Virus genome (UHGV): UHGV-1488776
Strand: one strand, 5' to 3'
Length of the DNA stretch: 64,000 nt
DNA from: a virus
How positions within the stretch are numbered: position 1 is the stretch's first letter; every line of letters begins with the position of its first letter. Made by a program: the position numbers and the translations under genes. A model generated the notes under the pieces. It was not told the DNA's origin, did not search any database, and saw only the letters and a list, made by a program, of their open reading frames with translations. Of this stretch, positions 32,659-42,006 are shown piece after piece.

Positions 32659-33852
32659 GTGACCTGGGACGATCATAAGAAGAATTTTGCTCGCCTGGCG
32701 CGAGATGGTGGTTACACCATCGCACAGTATGCCGCCGAGTTTAATCTTAACCCTAATACTGCACGTCGTTATCTCCGTGCCTTCAAAGAAGACACCAGGA
32801 CAGCGGACAGCCGCAAGCCAAATAAGCCAGTCAGGAAGCCACTAAAAAGCATGATCATTGATCACTCTAATGATCAACATGCAGGTGATCACATTGCGGC
32901 TGAAATAGCGGAAAAACAAAGGGTTAATGCCGTTGTCAGTGCCGCAGTCGAGAATGCGAAGCGCCAAAATAAGCGCATAAATGATCGTTCTGATGATCAT
33001 GACGTGATCACCCGCGCCCACCGGACCTTACGTGATCGCCTGGAACGCGACACCCTGGATGATGATGGTGAACGCTTTGAATTCGAAGCTGGCGATTACC
33101 TGATAGATAACGTTGAAGCGCGGAAGGCCGCGCGCGCTATGTTGCGTCGGTCCGGGGCCGATGTTCTGGAAACCACTCTTCTGGAAAAGTCTCTTTCTCA
33201 TCTCCTTATGCTGGAGAACGCCAGGGATACGTGTATTCGTCTGGTGCAGGAAATGCGCGATCAGCAAAAAGACGATGATGAAGGGACTCCGCCTGAATAT
33301 CGTATCGCGAGCATGCTAAACAGCTGTTCCGCGCAGATAAGCAGCCTGATCAACACCATTTACAGCATCCGGAATAACTATCGAAAAGAAAGCCGGGAGG
33401 CGGAAAAGCACGCTTTATCTATGGGGCAAGCTGGCATTGTTAAGCTGGCATACGAACGAAAGCGTGAAAATAACTGGTCAGTGCTGGAAGCAGCTGAATT
33501 CATCGAGGCGCATGGCGGAAAAGTGCCGCCCCTGATGCTGGAGCAAATCAAAGCCGATCTGCGTGCTCCTAAGACCAATACCGATGATGAGGAAAGGCAA
33601 ACAGCCGTCGGTGGCCCTTCTCTTGAAGATCTGGACAAAGTTGCGCGAGAACGGGCCGCCAACCGCCGCGCCGATGCCGCATTGTGGATTGAGCAGCGTA
33701 GGGAAGAAATCGCCGATATCGTTGATACAGGCGGTTATGGAGATGTTGATACTGAAGGTGTATCAAACGACCCATGGCTGGAACAAGACCTGGACGAAGA
33801 CGAGGAGGAAGACGAAGAAGTTACCCGCAAGCTATACGGGGATGATGATTAA
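32659..33852 (+). CDS. pacA: terminase small subunit PacA
   Basis: 397 aa, GTG start with AAGGAAG SD; contains the pac hexamer clusters; acidic C-terminus. Confidence 0.8.
   Translation: MTWDDHKKNFARLARDGGYTIAQYAAEFNLNPNTARRYLRAFKEDTRTADSRKPNKPVRKPLKSMIIDHSNDQHAGDHIAAEIAEKQRVNAVVSAAVENAKRQNKRINDRSDDHDVITRAHRTLRDRLERDTLDDDGERFEFEAGDYLIDNVEARKAARAMLRRSGADVLETTLLEKSLSHLLMLENARDTCIRLVQEMRDQQKDDDEGTPPEYRIASMLNSCSAQISSLINTIYSIRNNYRKESREAEKHALSMGQAGIVKLAYERKRENNWSVLEAAEFIEAHGGKVPPLMLEQIKADLRAPKTNTDDEERQTAVGGPSLEDLDKVARERAANRRADAALWIEQRREEIADIVDTGGYGDVDTEGVSNDPWLEQDLDEDEEEDEEVTRKLYGDDD
32852..33010. other. pac packaging site (4 + 3 TGATCA/G hexamers with GATC Dam sites)
   Basis: Four TGATCA hexamers at 32852-32892 and TGATCG, TGATCA, TGATCA at 32982-33010 inside pacA. 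Confidence 0.8.
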
Positions 33853-35336
33853 TGGCCAGAAGTTGCGTAACGGATCCACGTTGGCGCGAGCTGGTGGCGC
33901 TATATCGTTATGACTGGATTGCTGCCGCTGATGTTTTGTTCGGCAAAACACCTACCTGGCAGCAGGATCTGATTATTGAGTCTGTGCAGGAACAGGGTAG
34001 CAAGACATCTGTTTCGTCTGGTCACGGTACCGGGAAATCAGACATGACTTCTATCATGATCATGTTGTTCATAATCATGTATCCCGGTGCCCGCGCCATT
34101 ATCGTTGCGAACAAAATTCAGCAGGTAATGACCGGTATATTCAAGTACATCAAGATAAACTGGGCTACTGCCACCAGCCGTTTTCCATGGCTTGCTGATT
34201 ATTTTGTTCTGACAGAAACCGCTTTCTATGAGGTTACTGGTAAAGGTGTATGGACTGTAGTACCGAAGGGCTTTCGTCTGGGAAGTGAAGAAGCTCTCGC
34301 CGGTGAACACGCAGATCATCTTCTGTATATTATCGATGAAGCCTCCGGTGTCAGTGATAGAGCTTTCGGTATCATCACCGGTGCTCTTACCGGACAGGAT
34401 AACCGCATCTTATTACTGTCACAGCCTACACGCCCAAGCGGCTATTTCTACGATACTCACCATAAACTGGCCAAGCGTCCTGGTAACCCTGATGGCGTTT
34501 ATACGGCGATCACGCTTAACAGTGAGGAATCACCGCTGGTAACGCCAGCATTTATCAAAATGAAGCTGGCGGAGTACGGCGGGCGTGATAACCCTATGTA
34601 CATGATTAAGGTACGCGGACTATTCCCTAAATCACAGGATGGCTTCCTTCTTGGACGTGATGAGGTTGAACGTGCGACGCGGCGGAAAGTCAAGATTGCC
34701 AAAGGATGGGGCTGGCTTGCATGTGTGGACGTTGCTGGTGGTACGGGACGGGATAAGTCCGTTATCAATATCATGATGGTGTCCGGCCAGAGAAATAAAC
34801 GCCGTGTAATCAACTATCGAATGCTGGAATACACAGACGTTACAGAAACGCAGCTTGCCGCCAAAATTTTCGCAGAATGTAATCCTGAGCGATTCCCAAA
34901 TATCACCATAGCGATAGACGGCGATGGGCTGGGTAAAGCAACGGCGGATCTGATGTACGAGTATTATGGTATTACCGTACAGCGTATACGCTGGGGTAAA
35001 AAGATGCATAGTCGTGAAGATAAGAGCCTGTACTTTGATAAACGTGCTTATGCCAACGTTCAAGCCGCAGAGGCCGTAAAATCTGGTCGTATGAGACTGG
35101 ATAAGGGTAATGAAACTATTGAGGAAGCGTCGAAAATCCCTGTAGGGATTAACTCCGCAGGTCAATGGAAGGTGATGAGTAAGGAGGATATGAAGAAAAA
35201 ACTCAACCTGCACTCACCAGACCATTGGGATACATATTGTTTCGCTATGCTGGCGGATTATGTTCCCCAGGATGAAGTGCTTAGCGTCGAAGACGAAGCG
35301 CAGGTTGATGAAGCTCTGGCATGGCTTAATGAATAA
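33852..35336 (+). CDS. pacB: terminase large subunit PacB
   Basis: 494 aa; Walker A-like SGHGTGKS; ATG overlaps pacA stop. Confidence 0.85.
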   Translation: MARSCVTDPRWRELVALYRYDWIAAADVLFGKTPTWQQDLIIESVQEQGSKTSVSSGHGTGKSDMTSIMIMLFIIMYPGARAIIVANKIQQVMTGIFKYIKINWATATSRFPWLADYFVLTETAFYEVTGKGVWTVVPKGFRLGSEEALAGEHADHLLYIIDEASGVSDRAFGIITGALTGQDNRILLLSQPTRPSGYFYDTHHKLAKRPGNPDGVYTAITLNSEESPLVTPAFIKMKLAEYGGRDNPMYMIKVRGLFPKSQDGFLLGRDEVERATRRKVKIAKGWGWLACVDVAGGTGRDKSVINIMMVSGQRNKRRVINYRMLEYTDVTETQLAAKIFAECNPERFPNITIAIDGDGLGKATADLMYEYYGITVQRIRWGKKMHSREDKSLYFDKRAYANVQAAEAVKSGRMRLDKGNETIEEASKIPVGINSAGQWKVMSKEDMKKKLNLHSPDHWDTYCFAMLADYVPQDEVLSVEDEAQVDEALAWLNE

Positions 35337-35360
35337 CTCATTGACCATGCCGGATGGAAA

Positions 35361-36212
35361 CTATTGCGCGCTTTCGGGGTTGTCGTTTACTGGCTGCCCT
35401 TTCTTAGTTTTACGGCTGCGCGTAACTGATGCGGCTGATTTGACCTTTTTCTCTTCGCGAGTGATGGCAATTTGTTTTTTTACATTTTCAATATCTGCCA
35501 GGCGATATATTTTTGCCTGCGGCCAGCGGTCGCAGATGATCGGTTCTATAGAGTCATAAAGGCTAAATTTTGCTTTCTCGAATTCACCGTTGATGATAAT
35601 TCCATCACGGAGAGTTTCATCGCAGATAAACACACCACATAGCGGCACATGGTAACTAACTGATTTACCATCATTGTAGTTAGGGCTACTAGAAATGTAA
35701 TGGACGCGCAGCATTGTTTCGCTAAAGCCGTGTACGCGCATACGGAATTTTTCATCCTCCGGGTACTGCTTCATTAGCTCTTTTGTTGCTTCCAGGTTCT
35801 CTATGTATTTCGCACTGTGCTCATTGATCCCTGCGCTTTTCTGGATGCGAATGTCCTTATCAATCAGATGAATAATGCGGCCAGCGGTCATGTTGACGCT
35901 GTTCACAGCTTCTGTCTGATAAGTCGTAACCTTACGCACACCGCGAAGGATGTTAGGCACTGGATATAAAATAGTCTTTGGGATATTGAGGTCTGGGTAC
36001 TGTTCCAGTTCCCGCGCCATTAAAGTCCATTTATCAATTTCAGCCTGAATGCTGTCAGTTTCTTTGAACGGCAGAACGACAACCGGGCGTACAGGACGAC
36101 CGTCGCTGGCGGCATCAACGTGTTGGGCGCGTGCAACAGCTTTTTTTAGAAAGAGATCCCTGAAGCTGACGAACTCCTGGTACAGTTGTTCGCCGTAGAC
36201 ATAATTTATCAT
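35361..36212 (-). CDS. c1: C1 repressor of lysis
   Basis: 283 aa, MINYVYGEQLYQEFVSFRDLFLKK; adjacent to coi, operators and loxP. Confidence 0.95.
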   Translation of the reverse strand: MINYVYGEQLYQEFVSFRDLFLKKAVARAQHVDAASDGRPVRPVVVLPFKETDSIQAEIDKWTLMARELEQYPDLNIPKTILYPVPNILRGVRKVTTYQTEAVNSVNMTAGRIIHLIDKDIRIQKSAGINEHSAKYIENLEATKELMKQYPEDEKFRMRVHGFSETMLRVHYISSSPNYNDGKSVSYHVPLCGVFICDETLRDGIIINGEFEKAKFSLYDSIEPIICDRWPQAKIYRLADIENVKKQIAITREEKKVKSAASVTRSRKTKKGQPVNDNPESAQ

Positions 36213-36306
36213 TGATCCTCCTCCAGAATTGACATGGCCAACAACTCACAGCGGATTACACTGGGAGTTGTTGGCCACCATTATAGAAGGATCCAACGAA
36301 AATAAT

Positions 36307-36323
36307 AGATTTATTAGTGCATT
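36307..36323. promoter_or_regulatory. C1 operator-like site between coi and c1 (14/17)
   Basis: AGATTTATTAGTGCATT. Confidence 0.45.
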
Positions 36324-36532
36324 TATTGTGAGTCTGGCTGGTTAGTGGCCATGAGATATTCGATTGTGTCAGTGAGATCATCCAGGTCGTCTTGGGTGAT
36401 GCGGTACTCCTGATTGGATATCTTTGAGTAGTGTTCAGCAATGGCGCGGGCAGCGTCGGTTTCGGCGGGGTCTACAGATAAAGCGTTAGAGCAATGTCTA
36501 ACGTCGTCGATGGTTGGTGGAATGAAAGCCAT
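36323..36532 (-). CDS. coi: C1 inactivator Coi
   Basis: 69 aa, MAFIPPTIDDVRHCSNALSVD; immediately upstream of c1. Confidence 0.85.
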   Translation of the reverse strand: MAFIPPTIDDVRHCSNALSVDPAETDAARAIAEHYSKISNQEYRITQDDLDDLTDTIEYLMATNQPDSQ

Positions 36533-36769
36533 AATTATGCCTCACTGTATTGACAACACAGAGCCTGAAGCTCTGACCTACTGTTTCACCCATGATCCAT
36601 GCTGGGGTAATCTAACAACATTGCGCTGTGTGTAAGATGAGCAATGCATAGCTGTAATGCCGTTGTATAAGGTTTCCCTGTTTGCTCATTTCCTTCTGAG
36701 CCGCTCTACAACGCTGAAGACACATTAAATAGTGAATCCAAAGTCGTATTACGAAACGGCGGCAAAACT

Positions 36770-36786
36770 ATAATTTATTAGAGCAA
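36770..36786. promoter_or_regulatory. C1 operator, inverted (16/17)
   Basis: TAATTTATTAGAGCAAT upstream of coi-c1. Confidence 0.6.
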
Positions 36787-36853
36787 TTGTCAAACAACTA
36801 TGAAAAACAATCCAGTTTTTGGCTGGTGGAGTGGGATTTTTCTCTCAAAATTT

Positions 36854-36870
36854 ATTGCTCTAATAATTCT
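36854..36870. promoter_or_regulatory. C1 operator (14/17) overlapping promoter-like CTTGATTTTTA
   Basis: ATTGCTCTAATAATTCT; same module as at 18767. Confidence 0.55.
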
Positions 36871-36913
36871 TGATTTTTATGCGCAGCTGGACGTAAACTC
36901 CTCTTCAGACCTA

Positions 36914-36947
36914 ATAACTTCGTATAGCATACATTATACGAAGTTAT
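36914..36947. other. loxP site-specific recombination site
   Basis: Exact ATAACTTCGTATA-GCATACAT-TATACGAAGTTAT. Confidence 0.98.
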
Positions 36948-37136
36948 CTTAAGGGTTATTGAACATGATCAATTTACCTGTAAATCCATACAGTTCAATA
37001 CCTTATCAGGTCAAATAGTGATCACTTGATCATTTGATCAAGGTTGCGCTACGTAAAATCTGCGAAATGTTGGCAGTGTTAGTGCTCCAGATTTCGCGTA
37101 GCGCACTTAGCACCACCAATCAATCAGAGGTGAAAA

Positions 37137-37358
37137 ATGGGATATTCAGCTGCTAAAGTGTCCACTCATCTTGAGCTTGAGAAAAACCGTGGTTACTGGC
37201 GGGCAAAAGGGTTTGATCGTGATAGTTGCCAACTGTCATTATCGCGCGGTGAAGAGAAAATAGAACGCACGCGCGGTCGCTGGCGTTTCTATGACGAGAA
37301 CCATAAACAGGTAAAGGCAGAGCCGATCCTGTACACTTTACTTAAAACCATTATCTGA
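37137..37358 (+). CDS. small hypothetical protein upstream of cre
   Basis: 73-aa ORF with GAGGTGAAAA SD; preceded by a long inverted repeat. Confidence 0.4.
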   Translation: MGYSAAKVSTHLELEKNRGYWRAKGFDRDSCQLSLSRGEEKIERTRGRWRFYDENHKQVKAEPILYTLLKTII

Positions 37359-37365
37359 GTGTTAA

Positions 37366-38397
37366 ATGTCCAATTTACTGACCGTACACCAAAATTTGCC
37401 TGCATTACCGGTCGATGCAACGAGTGATGAGGTTCGCAAGAACCTGATGGACATGTTCAGGGATCGCCAGGCGTTTTCTGAGCATACCTGGAAAATGCTT
37501 CTGTCCGTTTGCCGGTCGTGGGCGGCATGGTGCAAGTTGAATAACCGGAAATGGTTTCCCGCAGAACCTGAAGATGTTCGCGATTATCTTCTATATCTTC
37601 AGGCGCGCGGTCTGGCAGTAAAAACTATCCAGCAACATTTGGGCCAGCTAAACATGCTTCATCGTCGGTCCGGGCTGCCACGACCAAGTGACAGCAATGC
37701 TGTTTCACTGGTCATGCGGCGGATTCGAAAAGAAAACGTTGATGCCGGTGAACGTGCAAAACAGGCATTGGCGTTCGAACGCACTGATTTCGACCAGGTT
37801 CGTTCACTCATGGAAAATAGCGATCGCTGCCAGGATATACGTAATCTGGCATTTCTTGGGATTGCTTATAATACCCTGCTACGTATAGCAGAAATTGCCA
37901 GGATCAGGGTTAAAGATATCTCACGTACTGACGGTGGGAGAATGTTAATCCATATTGGCAGAACGAAAACGCTGGTTAGCACCGCAGGTGTAGAGAAGGC
38001 ACTTAGCCTGGGGGTAACTAAACTGGTCGAGCGATGGATTTCTGTCTCTGGTGTAGCTGATGATCCGAATAACTACCTGTTTTGCCGGGTCAGAAAAAAT
38101 GGTGTTGCCGCGCCATCTGCCACCAGCCAGCTATCAACTCGCGCCCTGGAAGGGATTTTTGAAGCAACTCATCGATTGATTTACGGCGCTAAGGATGACT
38201 CTGGTCAGAGATACCTGGCCTGGTCTGGACACAGTGCCCGTGTCGGAGCAGCGCGAGATATGGCCCGCGCTGGAGTTTCAATACCGGAGATCATGCAAGC
38301 TGGTGGCTGGACCAATGTAAATATTGTCATGAACTATATCCGTAACCTGGATAGTGAAACAGGGGCAATGGTGCGCCTGCTGGAAGATGGCAATTAG
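37366..38397 (+). CDS. cre: Cre tyrosine recombinase
   Basis: 343 aa, MSNLLTVHQNLPALPVDATSDEVRKNLMDMFRDRQAFSEHTWKMLLSVCRSWAAWCKLNNRKWFPAEPEDVRDYLLYLQARGLAVKTIQQHLGQLNMLHRRSGLPRPSDSNAVSLVMRRIRKENVDAGERAKQALAFERTDFDQVRSLMENSDRCQDIRNLAFLGIAYNTLLRIAEIARIRVKDISRTDGGRMLIHIGRTKTLVSTAGVEKALSLGVTKLVERWISVSGVADDPNNYLFCRVRKNGVAAPSATSQLSTRALEGIFEATHRLIYGAKDDSGQRYLAWSGHSARVGAARDMARAGVSIPEIMQAGGWTNVNIVMNYIRNLDSETGAMVRLLEDGN; matches Cre as I recall it, except the last residue. Confidence 0.98.
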   Translation: MSNLLTVHQNLPALPVDATSDEVRKNLMDMFRDRQAFSEHTWKMLLSVCRSWAAWCKLNNRKWFPAEPEDVRDYLLYLQARGLAVKTIQQHLGQLNMLHRRSGLPRPSDSNAVSLVMRRIRKENVDAGERAKQALAFERTDFDQVRSLMENSDRCQDIRNLAFLGIAYNTLLRIAEIARIRVKDISRTDGGRMLIHIGRTKTLVSTAGVEKALSLGVTKLVERWISVSGVADDPNNYLFCRVRKNGVAAPSATSQLSTRALEGIFEATHRLIYGAKDDSGQRYLAWSGHSARVGAARDMARAGVSIPEIMQAGGWTNVNIVMNYIRNLDSETGAMVRLLEDGN

Positions 38398-38414
38398 CCA
38401 TTAACGCGTAAATG

Positions 38415-38431
38415 ATTGCTCTAATTCTTTG
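38415..38431. promoter_or_regulatory. C1 operator-like site (13/17)
   Basis: ATTGCTCTAATTCTTTG. Confidence 0.35.
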
Positions 38432-38447
38432 ATATTTATGGTGGCAT

Positions 38448-38759
38448 ATGAGAAAGGATTTCAACATCGACGGAAAATATGTAGTGCTGTCTGTAAGCAC
38501 TAATATTCTGTCGCCATCTGTCATTGTCACCGTAAAGTTGAGCGATAGGATGCCTGATATCGACTCGATATCTGTTGCGTTCCCCGTTAAAAGCATGCGG
38601 AGTGCTGAACATTTTGTGATGAATGCAACGGAGGAGGAAGCGCGGCGCGGGCTTACTAGAGTGATGGGGGAATTTGGCGAACTCCTGGGTAAGGTAAACA
38701 ATGCCCTTTCAATCAGTTCAGCAAGGTCCAAAGCGTTAACCGCTTCCATGATGAAATAA
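38448..38759 (+). CDS. cra: hypothetical protein between cre and ref
   Basis: 103-aa ORF; position cre-cra-ref-mat as in P1. Confidence 0.5.
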   Translation: MRKDFNIDGKYVVLSVSTNILSPSVIVTVKLSDRMPDIDSISVAFPVKSMRSAEHFVMNATEEEARRGLTRVMGEFGELLGKVNNALSISSARSKALTASMMK

Positions 38760-38764
38760 AAAAA

Positions 38765-38785
38765 AGCCTGGCAAGGAGCCAGGCT
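38765..38785 (-). terminator. terminator-like hairpin, T-run on minus strand
   Basis: AGCCTGGC-aagg-GCCAGGCT preceded by A8 on plus strand. Confidence 0.4.
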
Positions 38786-38891
38786 GCACAAAAGAGCGGG
38801 TTTGTATTCCGCATCCAATCAATCAAGAAGGAGTATAGCACACAGGTACTGAAGTGAAAAAATGTGATTCGCGAGAAACAAAATATATACC

Positions 38892-38921
38892 ATTGCTCTA
38901 ATTGATTGCTATAATTTGGCC
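38892..38921. promoter_or_regulatory. tandem C1 operator-like sites overlapping a TATAAT upstream of ref
   Basis: ATTGCTCTAATTGATTG and ATTGCTATAATTTGG; -10 at 38910-38915. Confidence 0.5.
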
Positions 38922-38975
38922 GCAGTTTTTGTCAACTACGAAGACGTTGCCATTACTTCACTCCTTGACATCATT

Positions 38976-39001
38976 GGCGGCCATTAGGCCGCCTTTTTTT
39001 T
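38976..39001 (+). terminator. rho-independent terminator-like hairpin in ref leader
   Basis: GGCGGCC-atta-GGCCGCC followed by T9, ending 5 nt before the ref ATG. Confidence 0.5.
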
Positions 39002-39006
39002 GCCAT

Positions 39007-39567
39007 ATGAAAACAATCGAACAAAAACTTGAACAGCGCCGCGAGTGGCAGAAGGCAGCCAGAGAACGAGCGATCGCTCGGCAACGGGAAAAGTTGGCTG
39101 ACCCCGCCTGGCGAGAATCGCAATATCAGAAAATGCGGGATTCTATCGACCGCCGTATCGCTAAACAGAAAGAGCGCCCACCAGCCAGCAAAACGCGGAA
39201 AAGTGCGGTAAAAATAAAATCTCGTGGCTTGAAGGGGCGAACACCGACGGAGGAGGAACAGACTATCGCCAATGCTCTTGGCACTCTCCCCTGCATTGCC
39301 TGCTACATGCATGGAGTAATATCTGAAGAGGTGTCTCTGCACCATATCTCCGGTCGTACCGCGCCGGGTTGTCACAAAAAGCAATTGCCCCTTTGCAGAT
39401 GGCACCACCAGCATGCAGCACCGGCTGAAGTAAGAGAAAAATACCCCTGGCTGGTCCCTGTTCATGCCGATGGCGTGGTAGGAGGCAAGAAAGAATTCAC
39501 CTTGTTGAACAAGTCAGAGATGGAGTTGCTGGCTGACGCCTATGAAATGGCAAACATCATGCACTAA
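39007..39567 (+). CDS. ref: Ref, HNH-family recombination enhancement endonuclease
   Basis: 186 aa from MKTIEQKLEQ; basic N-terminus; HNH-like LHHISGRTAPGCHKKQLPLCRWHHQH. Confidence 0.8.
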   Translation: MKTIEQKLEQRREWQKAARERAIARQREKLADPAWRESQYQKMRDSIDRRIAKQKERPPASKTRKSAVKIKSRGLKGRTPTEEEQTIANALGTLPCIACYMHGVISEEVSLHHISGRTAPGCHKKQLPLCRWHHQHAAPAEVREKYPWLVPVHADGVVGGKKEFTLLNKSEMELLADAYEMANIMH

Positions 39568-39718
39568 TAAATATATTATTTTTAATCTTAAATGATTGAC
39601 AACTGACAAGTGACTTGAGTCAGAATCATCACACGCCCGGTACGGATGGATCCCTTTTCAAATATTCCATGGACGGCACAGTCTGAGTACCGGGCGCTAC
39701 CTTCAGTTGTATTGCTAA

Positions 39719-39745
39719 GCCGCCGCTGGTGGCTTTTCTTTTTTG
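39719..39745 (+). terminator. rho-independent terminator-like hairpin
   Basis: GCCGCC-gct-GGTGGC followed by TTTTCTTTTTT, ending about 10 nt before the mat ATG. Confidence 0.45.
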
Positions 39746-39755
39746 TAGGGGCGCT

Positions 39756-40397
39756 ATGGATAAGAAAATATGCGTTGTTTCGATGAGCGTCGGCAAACCG
39801 GCGTCAATGACTGCTGCATGGATCAACAACGAGCTGATAATGGCTGAGCGGACCAGCTACCCTGAACGCCGCCGCGACATGGAACTCCAGCTGCTGCGCG
39901 AATTGCGAGAAAAAGAGGAAAAGGGTTTTATCGTGCTGGTGGAAGAGGAAAACAGCTTTATTACTGGTCGAGTTGGCCAGCGTGTAAGGTTGCGCGATCC
40001 CTTCATGAACGGCAGGCCGGTACTGATTGAAGCAATGCAGATTTACAAGGAGCTGGAACGCCAGAAAGCGATCAAGTTACCGCGCAAGGAATCCGGCAAA
40101 TACATCCTCCACCAAAGCATCTTCGATTCCGAACACGATAAAAAAGGCGATGAATTTTTCAACATCAACTGGAGCGAAATAACGACAGAGCATGTTCTGA
40201 CGTTACTATGTTGCTTTGCGACGGAATACAACAACGTTGCCAGCGCCGACTACATCAGGGCAATGGCTGGAGAAGTTGAAGCCCGCCAGGAACCATCGTT
40301 ACTAAGTCCACTTATTAACATAATTCTGGGTACCCAGACACTGGAACAAAAAAAAGTGCCGAAAGGGGTATTAACAGGCAAGCATAATTATTTCTAA
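39756..40397 (+). CDS. mat: hypothetical protein (P1 mat position)
   Basis: 213 aa from MDKKICVV; position after ref as in P1. Confidence 0.5.
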   Translation: MDKKICVVSMSVGKPASMTAAWINNELIMAERTSYPERRRDMELQLLRELREKEEKGFIVLVEEENSFITGRVGQRVRLRDPFMNGRPVLIEAMQIYKELERQKAIKLPRKESGKYILHQSIFDSEHDKKGDEFFNINWSEITTEHVLTLLCCFATEYNNVASADYIRAMAGEVEARQEPSLLSPLINIILGTQTLEQKKVPKGVLTGKHNYF

Positions 40398-40564
40398 TAA
40401 TTTATAGTGGGGACTTTTGATGGTGTAAAACCCCATGAATTATTATTTTTTAGTTTTTTGATTCTATTTTTTTTTGCATTACCCGTCATAAAAATGAGCT
40501 TGCTTACATAATAGAAAATTATTTTATCAACACTATTACAACAAACGATTATCACTGATAACAT

Positions 40565-40588
40565 GAGTCCTTTGAAAACAAAGGACTC
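40565..40588 (+). promoter_or_regulatory. perfect 10-bp hairpin abutting the GNAT start codon
   Basis: GAGTCCTTTG-aaaa-CAAAGGACTC, 8 nt upstream of the ATG at 40597. Confidence 0.4.
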
Positions 40589-40596
40589 ACCATACT

Positions 40597-41205
40597 ATGT
40601 CTAATACCTCGGCAAATGAAATTGTACCGCACTTACCGCTAATTTTCGAAAATGAAGCTAATGGGATTCTTCAGGATCTGGCCTATACTCCATCGCTTAT
40701 GGGGTTGATGATGTTCCCGACAGAAGAGGAGCTGAAAGCAGCGAGAAGCTACATAATTAACGTTTTTGAAGAGTGTTACCGAGCCGGTCATTTGCGCATT
40801 ATGGGCTTTACTAATGAAGAAAACTTGTTCGGATACGCCTTAATCTTCGGACATCCATCGGGAAATTTTCCGTTGTACTGTCATAAAATATATGTATATG
40901 AGCAATATCGTGGTAATGGACTTGGAAGTAATATACTGGCAGAAATACTTGCATTTCCAAATGAGGTCGCTTTGATTTGCCAGTCTGATTTGGTTCCTTT
41001 TTATGAATCAGCCGGAATGCACTTTAAAGGAAATTACACCACTCCATCAGTCGCCAATTTCAAAAAAACTCGCGGCATGTATGAGGGGCTTTGTTTGATG
41101 AGCACTGAAAAAAATGCAAACTCTAATGGTGTACCTATATTCATGCTGAACGATAACGATATTGATAACATCATACAGGCTATCGCATCATCGGCACCAC
41201 GATAA
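40597..41205 (+). CDS. GNAT-family N-acetyltransferase
   Basis: 202 aa; GNAT motif A YEQYRGNGLGSNIL and FYESAGMHF; AT-rich codon usage unlike flanking phage genes. Confidence 0.7.
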   Translation: MSNTSANEIVPHLPLIFENEANGILQDLAYTPSLMGLMMFPTEEELKAARSYIINVFEECYRAGHLRIMGFTNEENLFGYALIFGHPSGNFPLYCHKIYVYEQYRGNGLGSNILAEILAFPNEVALICQSDLVPFYESAGMHFKGNYTTPSVANFKKTRGMYEGLCLMSTEKNANSNGVPIFMLNDNDIDNIIQAIASSAPR

Positions 41206-41260
41206 TATTAATAATTCATCTCGCCGCAGGAACTACAAACCAGTTGATTGTTTGTGAAAC

Positions 41261-41278
41261 GCCCGGTGCAAACCGGGC
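41261..41278. terminator. GC-rich hairpin between convergent genes
   Basis: GCCCGGT-gcaa-ACCGGGC. Confidence 0.4.
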
Positions 41279-41287
41279 CAACAAAAC

Positions 41288-41536
41288 TCAATCAGCATTG
41301 AGAAGCAATGCATTATCTATGATGATCTGCTCCCATTCTTCGAATGCCCGGTCGCGGACGCCCTGGGGAACACTGTTTGTTTTGAAATCGACGACTGTAC
41401 GCCATTTCCCGTCCGGACGGTACATGCGCAGAGCTTTACTTCCCCCTTCCCTGCGCACCTCAACGTTATGCTTGTCAGCAAACTCTTGTAATGCTCGTAG
41501 CGTCCCATGCTTTACTGTGTAGTATCGCTTTTTCAA
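41288..41536 (-). CDS. small hypothetical protein at end of darB operon
   Basis: 82-aa ORF overlapping upstream stop; size and position fit my memory of P1 lxc (bof), unverified. Confidence 0.4.
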   Translation of the reverse strand: MKKRYYTVKHGTLRALQEFADKHNVEVRREGGSKALRMYRPDGKWRTVVDFKTNSVPQGVRDRAFEEWEQIIIDNALLLNAD

Positions 41537-41973
41537 GTTTTCTCTCCAGCCTGTGCCAAGGCTTCAACTTCCAAATCGTAAGACTCAAACTCATAGTCCT
41601 GGTCGTCAACTTCTTCAGGCACTGGCAGTAAATGCCAGGCTGAGTATATCTGACCATTATCAAAACGCTCCTGGCTGTAGAGCGTCGCGGCTATGAGTGT
41701 TAGCGCCGGGCGGTCATAACGGTAAATTTTGCGAACGTCACGGTCAACGAGACGACCGAAATTACCATAACCGCGCTCCAGTAATAATTTTTTAATTTCC
41801 GGCCAGTATGGACCATAGCTGCGGTACAGGCGGGGATTTTTCAGTAATCGCCCGCGTAGCCCTGACAGGAAGAAATCAACGTATTCGTCTTCTGTCTTTC
41901 CTAACAACGCTGTACGGAGTACCGCCTCAAGATATGTTTTATTCGGTTTTATTGTATCAGATAGTGTGGCCAT
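41533..41973 (-). CDS. hypothetical protein co-oriented downstream of darB
   Basis: 146-aa ORF 34 nt downstream of darB; P1 ulx/hrdC neighbourhood. Confidence 0.45.
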   Translation of the reverse strand: MATLSDTIKPNKTYLEAVLRTALLGKTEDEYVDFFLSGLRGRLLKNPRLYRSYGPYWPEIKKLLLERGYGNFGRLVDRDVRKIYRYDRPALTLIAATLYSQERFDNGQIYSAWHLLPVPEEVDDQDYEFESYDLEVEALAQAGEKT

Positions 41974-41982
41974 ATTATGCGA

Positions 41983-42000
41983 CGCCCGGCGAACCGGGCG
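41983..42000. other. GC-rich hairpin in darB 3' intergenic gap
   Basis: CGCCCGG-cgaa-CCGGGCG, same motif as the hairpin at 41261. Confidence 0.35.
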
Positions 42001-42006
42001 CTCCTG

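Noticed and set aside
38327-38818. 163-aa minus-strand ORF overlapping cra
   Set aside because: Antisense to a plus-strand gene in the conserved cre-cra-ref order; no RBS.
40398-42006. Search for type III restriction-modification (res/mod) genes or an IS element between mat and darB
   Set aside because: No ORF with Mod-type MTase or Res-type helicase motifs and no terminal inverted repeats or transposase; only the GNAT gene and two small ORFs are present.
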